From Oikopleura dioica (Eukaryota > Animalia > Chordata), in the NCBI GenBank assembly GCA_907165135.1, contig OU015567.1:10230001-10294000 (forward strand): a DNA stretch of 64,000 nucleotides, in the 5' to 3' direction. The first letter of the stretch is position 1. Each line of letters opens with the position of its first letter. Position numbers and translations under genes: made by a program. Positions 37,520-51,945 of this stretch are shown one piece after another. The notes below the pieces were generated by a model. It was given only the letters and a program-made list of their open reading frames with translations, did not search any database and was not told the DNA's origin.

Positions 37520-38117
37520 TAGGTTTCTCCAAGGCCTCCTATCGTGAGATTCGCTTAAAAATCCTTCTTTTATGAAACTTCCCTTCGATCAAAAATTCAA
37601 CTTGTAATCAGATAACTGCTATTTTTTAAAAACTTACTGACCTTTTCCAAGTTTTCTAAGTTTTGAGCTTTTCATGAGAGAGTTGCTCGATTTCAAACAG
37701 TATTTTCTTTACATGTGCTTACTGAAAATCATTCCTTTTTCCGGCTTTTTGGTGAGTTAAACTTTTAAAAGCCTTATTTTGTTATTTTATGTAAATATTG
37801 ATATCGCATGTTCCGTTCTTTCGTCAAACTTCTGACTTTATTCTTATCAAAAGAGGTCTTCAATAATCAACACAGTACAGTAAAAAATGTCCTTACAGCA
37901 CTTTTACGTCTGAAAATTCTGTCACACTGCTGATCATCAAACAATGGCTTGTGCATTCGTTCAAATTTAACACTTTTCTGTGCCCAATGCCATAAACTCC
38001 CTTAATTTCTTTCTCCTTCTTCTTTTGCCCTAACCTTCAAACAAAAAAACTATCAAGTTCCTGACTTGTTTTTAATCCTTCTATCTTCAGTTCAAACCCT
38101 ACAAAAACAAAACGCCA

Positions 38118-39280
38118 ATGATAGAAATCGACGGTGAAAAACACGAAGGAGGCGGGCAAACCGTTCGTCTCGCCGTCGCACTCAGCGTCGTCCTCAAGAA
38201 ATCCTGTCGTATCAAAAATATTAGAGCAAAACGATCGCGGCCTGGTCTAGGGAATCAACATGTAGCAGGAGTAAATTTGGTGGAAGAGCTTGCAGGTTGC
38301 GAGTTCATTGACAATGACGGTCTTCCCGTGGAAATTGGTGCTACATCGATCATCATCAACGCAGACGAAATAAACTACACGCATAATATTAAAAAGTTCA
38401 CGGCTGATGCAAAAACAGCGGGTTCTTGCGCGCTCATGGCTCAAGTTGCTCTTCCGGTTAGTACCAAAGACCTCTTGACTGTTTTTATAACGGATGATAG
38501 ATATTGTGTTTCTGGAAAAGCGAAGTCGAAATCGAGCTCAAAGGCGGCACTGATGCAGATATGGCTCCTCCTGTCGACGATCAAATAGAAGTCTTTGCAT
38601 TTTACTTGCGAAAGTTTGGCGTAAAGCTCGAAATCGAGCAGAAACGCCGCGGATTCTTCCCCCGCGGTGGTGGCCTCTGCGTTTACAAAGTCAGACCAGT
38701 TGAGAAACTCAAGCCCGTCCAAATTTCCTGCCCAAAAGTGGTCGATATCTTCGCTGAAATCTGGCACTGCAATACGCGCAAGAATACACATACTCGTTTC
38801 TTCAATCAACTCGACCAAATGGCCCGAAAAGTAAAGACCCTCGAGAACCACGAAAAGGTGCGAAGGGTTGATGTCCGTCTGACGGAGCGTCCCGAGCCAG
38901 CCGATGGCTTCGCTGCGGGGATTTATCTTTACGGGCGGAATATCGACTTCAAGTGCGCTTACGATGCCAAAATTGCTAAGAACAACAGAGGCGGTCCAAT
39001 TCCTGATGGGGTCTGCGAAGCTCTGATGGTCGCGACCGTTGAAGACCTTGACGGATGCGAAGATATCTCCCTTGATCGACACCACTCGGACCAGTTTTTG
39101 ATTTACGCAGCCTTAGCCGATGGAGAGTCGAAAATTCCAATATGCAAGCCAAACGGAAACGTACCGGGGCACATTCTCTCCGCAATCTACGTGATAAATA
39201 CATTCCTCCCAAATACCTGCACACTTCAAGGAAACATTTTGACCGTCAAGGGGATAGGCCACACGCGCCAAGTTCAGTAA
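38118..39280 (+). CDS. RTCA: RNA 3'-terminal phosphate cyclase
   Basis: IDGEKHEGGGQTVR, RSRPGLGNQH, RRGFFPRGGG and HSDQFLIYAALADG. A His in PGHILSAI at the catalytic position favours RTCA over RCL1. One intron at 38457-38500. Confidence 0.92.
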
Positions 39281-39419
39281 CATCCGATAGTTCTTTTTTC
39301 TTCTGCTCTTTATCTCTTGAATTTCATTTATCTCTGTGCAAGATTAAACATTAAAAGAAAAAAACAAAAATTATTATTGAAACCTATTTCTTTGCAGAAA
39401 TGAAAAGAAGAAGATAGCG

Positions 39420-41936
<2,517 letters not shown>

Positions 41937-42341
41937 AAATAACATTAACAACAAGAAACTTTCATTAGTGAAACGAGAAGAATTTCTTCGCATGCGAAGC
42001 CCCACGCAAAAATCGTACATTGTAGAATTTTCCCTTTTTACAATTTTAAATAATGATAATAATTATTAACATCTCTCGATTCTTCTATCTGGGTTATCTT
42101 CAATCGAGTAACTCTTCAGAAAGTCCTTCCAAAAAGAGAGAACCGTTAAATCAGACTTTTCAATCGACTGTTTTTTCCTACTGACCTTCAATTTTCCTAC
42201 TGTTTTCAGTTATCGGTTAACTTGTTTATTTTATTTAATACTATCACAATCTTTTTACTAGCTGGTGGAGAAGTAAATTCTCAAAAACGTGCAATAAGTA
42301 TACATATTTAACTAAAACGACATCATCTTTATTTATTTCAG

Positions 42342-45300
42342 ATGCAAGTCGGGTCGAGATGGGCGCTTGCCCTCGGCGACGAACCGATTTGGGACATTGC
42401 TCTAGAGCCCCAAACTCAGCGACGCGTGATTGTTGGCTGTGGTAGCACGATTTATGTAATAAACGCAGCGAATGGAGATGTCGAGGGAAAATATACAGAA
42501 TATCATGAAGACACGATTCATTCCGTTGCCTGGGGAAAAGATTCAGAAGACAATGACATCATCGCTACAGGCGGCAAGGATAAAACCGTCATCATCTGGG
42601 AAATGCATAACGAGCTGCTTCAGCCTCGCGTCAAATTTACTCATGCTACCTCTGTTCAAAAAATCAAGTTCTCACCAACAAAGCCTGGCCGTCTTATATC
42701 TTGTGCTGTAGCTGACTTTGGATTCTGGTCACCAGAAGCAAAGGATGTCACGAAGACCTCCGTGAGCAATCGAATCACTGACGTGGTTTGGGAGCCAAGG
42801 GGTAACCACATCGCTTTCGCCACGGAAAAGGGGAAAATATCCATTTGTAACAGCACGAAAGGCCAAGAAGTCAAGAAAATTGAACACAAGGGAAAGTTTA
42901 TCTGGACAATCAACTGGACGGAAGATGCATCGGGACAAGAAATTATAATCGTATATGACTGGCATCCGAGTATTACTACCTACAATGCAGCTACTGGCCA
43001 GTTGCTGAAATCAGTAAAGACGATCGACTTTAATCCCTGCTGTAGCTCACCGCTTCAAAAATTGTCTTACATAGCTGTTGGTGGATCTGACGGTGAGTTG
43101 ACGCTTCTCACTCGAGAAGGAATCCGACTAACGAAGCTTGATTCTGGTAGAAACTCATTCATCTGGAGTGTGGCGTCCCGAGAGATCGCAGGAAAGCAGG
43201 AGGTTATCTCTGGAAACCAAGAAGGCCGGCTTGCTTCGCATACGATTGCTCTTGGAAAAGTCCACGGAATGTACAATAAATTCTACGCCACAAGAATGAA
43301 GCTCACCTCGATAGAGGTTACGGACTTAGAAGACCCATTCGGCGAGCGAGCTATCGTTCGATCACGTGAGATCATCGACAAAATCGCACTTTCTGAAGAT
43401 CTTCTCGTCGCACAAAGCCGAGAGAAAATAAAAGTCTGGCAGCGTAAAGATGCGCTTGGGAATTCCTACGAGTACTTGACGATGTTTCAAGTACCGGAAA
43501 TGACGAGTCTGATCATCTGTGCGGCTCAAAATGTACTCGTTTGTATTGGTGACCGTATTTCTTCTTACCATGTGAATGGAGCAATTTCGAGAGAGTGGGT
43601 GATGAGCTCCCCGGTAAGATACATGAAGATGCTCCCAGGGCCGATCGGTGGAGAACTATGTCTTGTTGGTACTGATTCCGGCACTGTCTTCAAAATCTTC
43701 ATCAACCAGTCATTCCCCATCGAAGTCCAAAGTGTTCGCGATCCTGTGTATCTCTGCGACTTGTCTCAATACCGCGAAAAAGTTCTCATTGTAGACGACA
43801 AGAACCTGCTCTCCGTCTTTGATATTTACACCAACGAGCTGCTTTATCAAGAGCCAGGAGTCACCTCAGCAGCTTGGAATTTAGACGAAGACGATCTTCT
43901 ATGCTTCACGACGATGGAATTGCTTGTTATTAAAGCAGGAGAGAAAACAGTATTCACTCAGAAACTCAAGAATCTACAGCGAGTCGTTGGTTTTTCAAAG
44001 GACACAGTTTATCTGATCGACGGTGAAGAGATAGATACAGTTCAAGTCAGGGCTCGAAAAAATAAGACTCGGAGTTGACACTTTTGCGCTGATTCATTCT
44101 TTTTGAGTCGCGCGCCTTGCCAACTCATCGCGACGGTGTCATCCGAGGCGACACCAGCTCGGTGTCAGCCCCTGACACAGTGTGACACTGAAAGTTTTTC
44201 GAACATAAAAGTGATAATGAAACAGGGAGAGCGACGCGAGCCGGGCTGGGTCGACTAAGTTCAAAATCAAACTAAGAAAGTATGTATGTATAATGGTATG
44301 TGAATCACAAAAATGGTGTCAGGGGCCCGACTCGGTCGAAGAGCGGTGTCGCCTCAGCCGACACCGCGAGGATGAATCACCGCGAAAAGTTTCAGCGCTG
44401 AGTCTTATTTATTCGAGCCCTGGTTCAAGTGCCTCAAACTGGCGCGATGTATCACTTTATCGAGAATGAAGATCTCGAAACAGCTTACAACATGGCATGC
44501 ATCGGAGTTACTACTTCTGATTGGAATTATTTAGCATCTGTGGCCATGTCAAGTCTCGATCTGAAAATCGCAAAGCGGGCCTTTTCAAGAACAGGAAACT
44601 ACAGGAAGCTCGTGTTGGTCGATGAACTCATGAAACTCCAAGGAACAGTGTCTCCAAACGAACTCAAAGCGATCATAGCGGCATATAACGGCGAATATGA
44701 TCAGATGGAAAAGTTTTTCAAAGACGCTGGCTGCCCAGAAAAAGCGATGGATATTTTTACCGACTTGAGGATGTTCGATCGGGCACGAAACTGCCTAGAA
44801 GGACAATCAGATACCCACAGCATGCAGGTTGATCAAAATCTAAGGGAACAAGAGGCAGATTGGGCCGCTGAGGGTCTCAGAGATGCAAGATCAGCGGCAG
44901 AAATGTACCTAAAAGCTGGACAATCTCTCAAGGTAGGTGTAAATGCAAATTTTTAAGATCCTCAAGCAATGAATTCAGGCTATTGAAGCTCTCGGTACAC
45001 TCAATTCAGCGGAACGACTGATAGATGCCGCCCGTCGGTTAGATAAAGGCGATCGGAAAGGGCTGCAACGCTGTGTCGAACTCCTCCGTGATATGGGTCA
45101 GTGGGCGCTGTGTGCGGAAGTTTACGGTAAAATGGGCGATTGGGAGTCGCTGATCGAGCTCTACGCCAAAACAGACCAGTGGGATGAAGTATTCAGCCTT
45201 GTTCAACGAAAGCCAGATCTTTCAAGCATCTGTTGGACATTGAGGGCGGACTGGCTCGCCGAAAAGGACCTCTTCGTCGAGGCACAAGATGCGTTCTACA

Positions 45301-46895
45301 AAGCAGGAAAGCCCGGTGAAGCATTGAAAGTGCTAACGAAACTTACTGAGTGTGCCGTCACTGAGAGCAGATTCAATGATGCTGCTCACTACTACCATCT
45401 TCTAAGGTTAACTCGATCGATTAAACTCAGCCCTAATGTTCTAAATTTAGTGTCCAATGTGAACAACTTCTCCAAGATCAGCCCGAAGAAAGTAATTTCT
45501 ACCTCGAACAATACAATGAGTATCGAAATCTTTCCGAAATCTACTACGCTTACCATTTTATCCACAGATTCGTCGAAGAACCCTTTTTAGCTGTGCTACA
45601 GGTAAATTTGCTCTTTCCCGATTTAGATAAAAAATATTCCGTAGGAAACGATCATGTACGCGGCTCGATTCCTCTGGCACCGTGTCCAAAACATGCTATC
45701 ACCTCCTGGCGTCTCTAAAGTCTATATTCTCTCCGCCCTGGCCAAGACAGCTCGCCAGTTCGGAAATTTCAAAGCGGCGCGCTACTGCTACGGCCAAATG
45801 AAAAACTTGCGCATTCCAAAAGGGCCCATGTGGGACGAGTTCCAACTCGGGGCGTTGTCTATTCGAGGCAAGCCTTATCGCGACTCCGAGGACTTTGAGA
45901 TTTTGTGCCCAAGATGTGCGTGTTCTAATTCCCTGATTAACCCAGCAGGAGATTTTTGTTCGAATTGCCAGGTAATCTCTTCTTTGTGTTCCGCTCTTTT
46001 TGATCCTTTAATTTTAGGCACCTTTTGTTTACTCCTATTCAAACTTTGAGCCAGTTCCTCTCATCGAATTCTTCCTCGAGGACGGAATCGATCAAGAAGA
46101 AGCAGAGCAACTAATGGATACTGCAGCATTTGAAGTAGAAAAGAAGAAATCTAAGAAATCCGAAAGTAATCGGATGGACTTAACAGCGAGCATGGCTAAG
46201 TCCGACTTCGATACGTTATTGATGGACACGGACGGAGAAGACATAATTGCATCGAGGAGCGTTATGAAAACCCTCAGCCATAACAGTAAGATCAACAACA
46301 TAAAAAAATCCTTAGGTGGACTTTCAATTTAATCTGCCAGATTTGCTTTTCGATTTCCGGAAAAAGTTTCCATTAGACCCCCCAAGTATCATACCTTTTT
46401 AGAATCGTCTTTAGCTGCTCTTTTCCCATATGGAAGCCGATTTTTGAATTTCGGACTTTTTATCGGATTTTTATCGGTTTTTGTGATTTCTAATGCATTT
46501 TTCAAGTCCCTATAAGTTCCAAACGATTCTAGTTTTTTTAATTTTTTGCTCGATAAATAAAAATATCTCGTCGAGAGGATTCTAAAAAGGTGTTAAAGTA
46601 CTTAATTGGGACAATCAGGTGGAAATTAAGGTGCACCCTTGGCAGATTAAATTGAAAGTCCACCTTAGTGCAATTTTCAGATGTGTTGATTCAAAAATTC
46701 CCCGTCACTCGATGGCGCTTCTTCAAAAACGTCATGCCAAACGTTGAAATCGCCATTGATCCTGACTCGCAGCGATTCTTTATTTCCGAAGACTGGGAAA
46801 TGCAACTTCTTCAGTCTGGCGAGTCGCCCTTTTCCCGACGAAAAATCAAGGACGAGCTCGATGAATCTGCCGAATTAGAAAATCTTCTTCAATAA
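42342..46895 (+). CDS. IFT122: Intraflagellar transport protein 122 (IFT-A), interrupted by a MITE in a coding exon
   Basis: N-terminal WD40s (ATGGKDKTVIIW; DFGFWSPEAKDV), VPQTGAMYHF...ACIGVTTSDW, TPR region and CPRC...CSNC finger are collinear with IFT122/WDR10. Confidence 0.93.
44048..44422. mobile_element. hAT-type non-autonomous element (375 bp)
   Basis: 23-bp TIRs with one mismatch: CAGGGCTCGAAAAAATAAGACTC at 44048-44070 and its partner at 44400-44422. Perfect 8-bp TSD GTTCAAGT at 44040-44047 and 44423-44430. Subterminal GACAC/GTGTC inverted motifs. CAG termini with an 8-bp TSD are typical of hAT. Confidence 0.92.
46315..46664. mobile_element. PIF/Harbinger (Tourist-like) MITE (350 bp) in an IFT122 intron
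   Basis: Perfect 25-bp TIR GGTGGACTTTCAATTTAATCTGCCA at 46315-46339 and 46640-46664, flanked by TTA on both sides (46312-46314, 46665-46667). Confidence 0.88.
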
Positions 46896-47497
46896 TCTGT
46901 ATTTTCTTACACAAAATCGCAATATTTTTATACTTCCCTTTTTTAAAAATACGACGCAGATGCTTTATGTTTTCAATAAATTCATATTTTCATAAAAATA
47001 CTAAAAACTGGGTAATTTTTTCAAGTTTTACCCATTTCCTCCCAAATCTTGACGGGTATCGATTTTCCGCTAGGCATTCATCATTTCACAAATTAGCAGG
47101 AACATATCCGGCGAGCAGTCAATAACCACCCCCGTGAAATCTCCACAAACCGGATAATTGCATCACCCGCCGTGCTCTGATCAAAATCACGTGCCGCGCT
47201 AAAATTAGAGAGAAGCATATATCGACTCCTCCCTTGCGGCTTACCCTTGAGCTGCGAAATCCACTGCGAGGAGCATGGGTGGCCAATGAGCACCGCCCTG
47301 CTATTTGCGCGTTATTCAAACGGCCTCATTTTTGCGCAGGACTCGAAAGACCTTCAAACTTAGATTTTGATCAGCAGCAGCCGCAAAAAGCCCAGAGTAG
47401 CGAAAACCAACGGCCACAAGTCGATTCCATCAAGTGGAAAACACAACCACGAGAATCAACTTTATTTATTGAGGAGAAAAAGACAAAACGAGAAAAA

Positions 47498-50459
47498 ATG
47501 TCCACGAGATTTAGATATACCGAGATCTGGAGAGATATGATTCAACTTTTACATGAACAGGTTTGAATATTTTCGAAAGAAGGTCATAAAAATTTCGTGA
47601 AGGTATCAGTCAAAAACCGTCGACAGCTGCTGAAAACCTACAGCGACGTTTTCACCGGCGCAAACGCCGTTGATGTCCTCCTCGAAAACGTCAAGCAGCG
47701 ACCAGACCTATTCGCGCACAACACTACCAGAGAACAAGTTACTCGCCTTTGCCAGCGCTTCATCGAGTCCAGGTAGTGATTTTTTGTATTTTTCGAATTA
47801 CGAGTAAATATTTACCCAAAGAGTGTTCTTTCCTGCCAAGGGAGACAATAAGACTTCATCGCCGCATTTCGAAGACTCGCCAGCTGTGTTTTACCGCTTT
47901 AACAAAGGTAACCCATTAATCTGTGGCTTGAAGTGTGAAATCCTCTTTTGTTACTAAGGACCAAAGGTGTTCAAAGAGCTCAAAGTGACCCAAAAGCCTC
48001 GAAGTCATCATTCGTTTTGACATTGTTTTTTAGACCATGACTACCTCGGTTCTCAAGACCGCGTCCCCTTCAGCGAAGTCGGCAACGCTCACTTCGGCAA
48101 CCGAGCAAGCAGCGAGCCAGATCTGACCCGCGTGAATCCGCCCCAATCGCCAAAACCACATTCCAACTTTAGCCCACGTTCATCAAACTTTGCATTCCTC
48201 CAGAAGAAGGCGCGCACGCGTCTTTTCGGCTCCGGAACGACCATTGAAAACATGCACACGGACGAGGAAGACTCAGATGAACTGTTCGAGTTGGACTACA
48301 GAATTGAGCGGGAGGCAGTTCGAGTGCGCCTACTTCAACTTTTAGGTAACACCTCTCAAGTTTTAAATACATTTATTGATATTTTAAAGACCTGCCATTT
48401 GTTGAAGATTTTGTCTGCTCACCCGGTGGAGTGCCAATCCAAGGCAACACCAGTAAAGATCAGGCATTCTCCGCTGATATGTCTGCATTTCACCGTCAGT
48501 ACAAATCCTGTACTGATCCTTGGCTGAGGAATGGAATCGACGTTCTCGGGCACATTCAAACGGGGCAAGCCTTCTTACAAAAAATTGATATGTACAGTCC
48601 CAACCGAAGAGTAAGTATTCATTTTTGATGTCAAGTATCTAACTAATTCTTTCAGAAGCAGCTGATCTACGAGCACATTTCGGATCACTACAGAAAGGCC
48701 GGTTCTCCTTTGATTTCGAGTCAATGGGACGAAGTGATCCAAGCTCTCCAGAATCTAATGAGTAAGTAAACCGTAATCTGCGCGGGGACTAACTGTATTA
48801 TACAAGCTCTCGATGAGGAGGCTTGTAAATCGGCCCCGGGAACACCAACGCGAGCGCGCACAATGAAGCGCTCCAAGTCTAGCGTTTCGAAGCTATCCAG
48901 AGTTGCGCCCAAAACTAAAAAGTGGGCGCTCATTGCGAAAAGCCTAAAAACCTTTCGCTCCGTCGCTGGCAGCTCCTTCAAAGATCTCGTTCGATTTCGA
49001 ACAAATGGTAAATGTGGCGTTGTTTTTCGCAAAAACAGGGCACGAGTGACTTTCAAATCGGGCGGGCTTTGGCGCGGGCCTCTTTTTGAACAGATAAAAA
49101 TCAAAACCGGTAAGCATAAGTCTTATCAGACTTCTTCGGTTGTGGATTTTTCTTGTGCTCAAGAGCCCCACCGAAGCTTTAAGAATTGCTCGTTTTTGAT
49201 TTTGCCTTTGCTTGCGGTATTATTTACGAATCAATAAAAATTAAGTTTGCTGTGATTTTTGTAAGAATGCGCGAAACCCCCATTCTTGGTGCATGAATTC
49301 TTTTATTTTTGTTTTGACGTTTTTCATAGAAAAATTTTGATTTTTGTATTTCAGGAAATCGAAAAGAATCAAACGAAGCGCTGCAGCTTTTCTTCAGACT
49401 GCTAAGTCCGTCCAGCAGACAAGAATTGGAGCACCTCTTTCGCTTCCTCTACAGTGTGTCCAGTAAGTATTCCCTCTGACACGAGAGGTCAATTATCGAA
49501 AGCGTGTCGTTGAAACTCTCATTTCCAGACTCCGCTACTTATTATTAATATTACCAGCTTTGACAAGTAGACCGGTTAACTTTTGACGAAATCTAAATTC
49601 AATTTGAACTCTTTCTTTCAGTCTCCGATGATCATCGAGTGAGCGATAAACATCCAAGCAATGTGACAGCTGTTCAGCAGCACTTCGCCTCGCTCATATT
49701 CCCATGTCATGGCTCCTTCATGATTCGCTTCTGCCTTGAAAGGCTTGAAATCGCATTCGGGTAAGTCGACGTGGCTTTACTTTTTATCCTTCGCTAAGAC
49801 TTTTCCTCGTTTATTTCTTTGAAGTAGGATAAATTAAAACGACATGGAGGACTTATTTCGAAGTCCGTTGTAATCCACTTTATGGGAATTCAAAATAGAA
49901 CCGTATTTTTAGCTTACCGGACTCGATAAAAGCTCAAGTGCAGAAAAAAGTCGAAATGGTCAAATCTGGCTTCATTGACTCTCCTCACGCCATTCCAGAC
50001 GCCTTATTTGCGAACCAGGTAATTTTTAAGAGATAATTCAGAAGAATCGCCCACTCCGCATTAATCATTCACCGGCTTATTACCTCATAAAAATCTGGTC
50101 ATATCGTGCTAAGAATAGCCCAGATCTGTCTTATTCAGCTCCGGCCAAAGTAATAATTTCCACTCAGGGCTATTCAAGCCTCAAGTATGACCGGGTCTTT
50201 CTTCCTTCTCATAAAGCAATAATTAGCCCGCTGACATGGCAGTAAAATAAGTTTTCTCAGCAGGTTCTCAAACAACAACAATTCAATTTAGATCGACCAG
50301 AACGAGTTCCAGCGGCAAAAATTCGAGGGAACAAACATGGAGATCCTCAAGCTCATCAAATCGATCGAGAACGATCCCAACTTCACGAACGAGAGGCGAG
50401 CGCAACTTCTCCAGTCGCTGCAAAGCCAGCACCCTAATGCAGGTCAAACGCTGGTCTGA
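47498..50459 (+). CDS. DEPDC7: DEP domain-containing protein 7-like (DEP + RhoGAP-like)
   Basis: IWRDMIQLLHEQVSVKNRR..DVFTGANAVDV, FEDSPAVFYRF, RLLQLL-DLP, DPWLRNGID, EALQLFFRLL and the final exon IDQNEF...HP parallel DEPDC7/DEPDC4. Confidence 0.85.
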
Positions 50460-50634
50460 GGTTTCAAAAAAACTGCCAAGTACTCCAGCTGGGCCGGGGT
50501 ACTTCTCTACTAGACCTACTCACCACCATTACCACTCATTTTTAACTGTAAATATTAAAAACCACTGTTTTCACCAAGACAAAAATAGACACTATTATTG
50601 ACGATAATTTGGTTGATTAGGTATTTATTCAGCA

Positions 50635-50868
50635 TTAAAATTTATTCAAGGCAGTACATACAGTCAAGAGCAGGAAACATGAGTACAATACTAGTTTTAT
50701 ATCAGGAAGTGATAGTATTTCTGTAAAAGTCGAAGCACCTGATGTTTTCTCGGGATGAAAGTTTTCAATTACGGACTTTACTCTTCCCTGCACAGGACCA
50801 GACCATGTGCCAGAAGTTTGAAAGTGAGAGGAAGAGTGTTTCGATGACCATCTTTTTCTGTGTTTTCT
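50635..50868 (-). CDS. Possible terminal exon with hydrophobic (GPI-signal-like) C-terminus; upstream exons unresolved
   Basis: Open stretch ...SGTWSGPVQGRVKSVIENF...LSLPDIKLVLYSCFLLLTVCTALNKF*. No start or complete model was found. Confidence 0.25.
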   Translation of the reverse strand, partial: RKHRKRWSSKHSSSHFQTSGTWSGPVQGRVKSVIENFHPEKTSGASTFTEILSLPDIKLVLYSCFLLLTVCTALNKF

Positions 50869-51945
50869 TTATCTCTTGATTTAAATCTTGATTTTCAAAA
50901 ACTCTCGTTTCAACTTTTGAGAAAAAGCCTCTGTGTGTGTGTTTTCAAGCGATGCGTCTTTTGAATGTTGCTGCTCGAGGAGCTCGAGGTGGTGCTCAAC
51001 CGTGGTCCAAACTGAATGGCGCCACACGCTGGTGCTGCCCTCGGGACTTTACTCAGCAAGACTCACACTAGGGTGCTCAAGGATCAATACTGCTTAGTCT
51101 TTTTTCAATCAACAAAGTTGAAAAATCAGAAATTTTCAGGCCGCTTCTTATCGATTTATTGATTAGGGGTTCTTGTGTTTTCTAAACAACATGAAATTTT
51201 CTGATTATTCGAGTTTGGAACGAAGCCAATCCAAGAAAAATGTCTCCAAACTGCATCGGTACCCGAAGAATCCTGCTTAGAGCAAGGGACTTATTTTTGG
51301 CGAAGAATTATCTTATTGTTAGACATCATTCGATTGGCTATTATTTATAAATGCAGCATTCTAACAATTATTTACCAACAAACCTCTATTCGCAATAGAC
51401 TATTGCATATGAAACTCCAACAACAAAATTTCACGGCGGTTTCATCATCCAAACAACGCACGTGCTTTCCATGCGTTTCCACCCTAGCCCGCTAGTCATA
51501 TGATGTTACTACGCGCTATTCTTCTGCAGCATCGCCCCATTTTCAGGGCGAGTGACGCGAACTTTTTCTTCGTGGCCTTCTGTTGCCACTGAGGTTCCTT
51601 TATTTTGGGTTTTAGAAGTGCCGTCTTGTCAGACTGTTTTTACCGACAATAAATGAAGGATTTTAATTGCATGAAAATGTTCAATTCGCTGAGTTTTTCA
51701 TAAAGACAAGGAAAAGGCACATGTAAGACACGATGCGATAGTGCGGTAGTTTTCAGCCTTCAAAATATCTTGAGCATGAGTTTATGCAGCATGACGCAAT
51801 GTTTTTGCATATCTGCTATTAGTAATAACTTATTACCATATCGACCGGTAGGTGACTGATAGAATGCGTAGATGACTGTCTTGGTGATCGAAAATATACA
51901 ATTTCTATATTTCGAAAGATTCTTTTACTCAGGCGGAAAAGGTTG

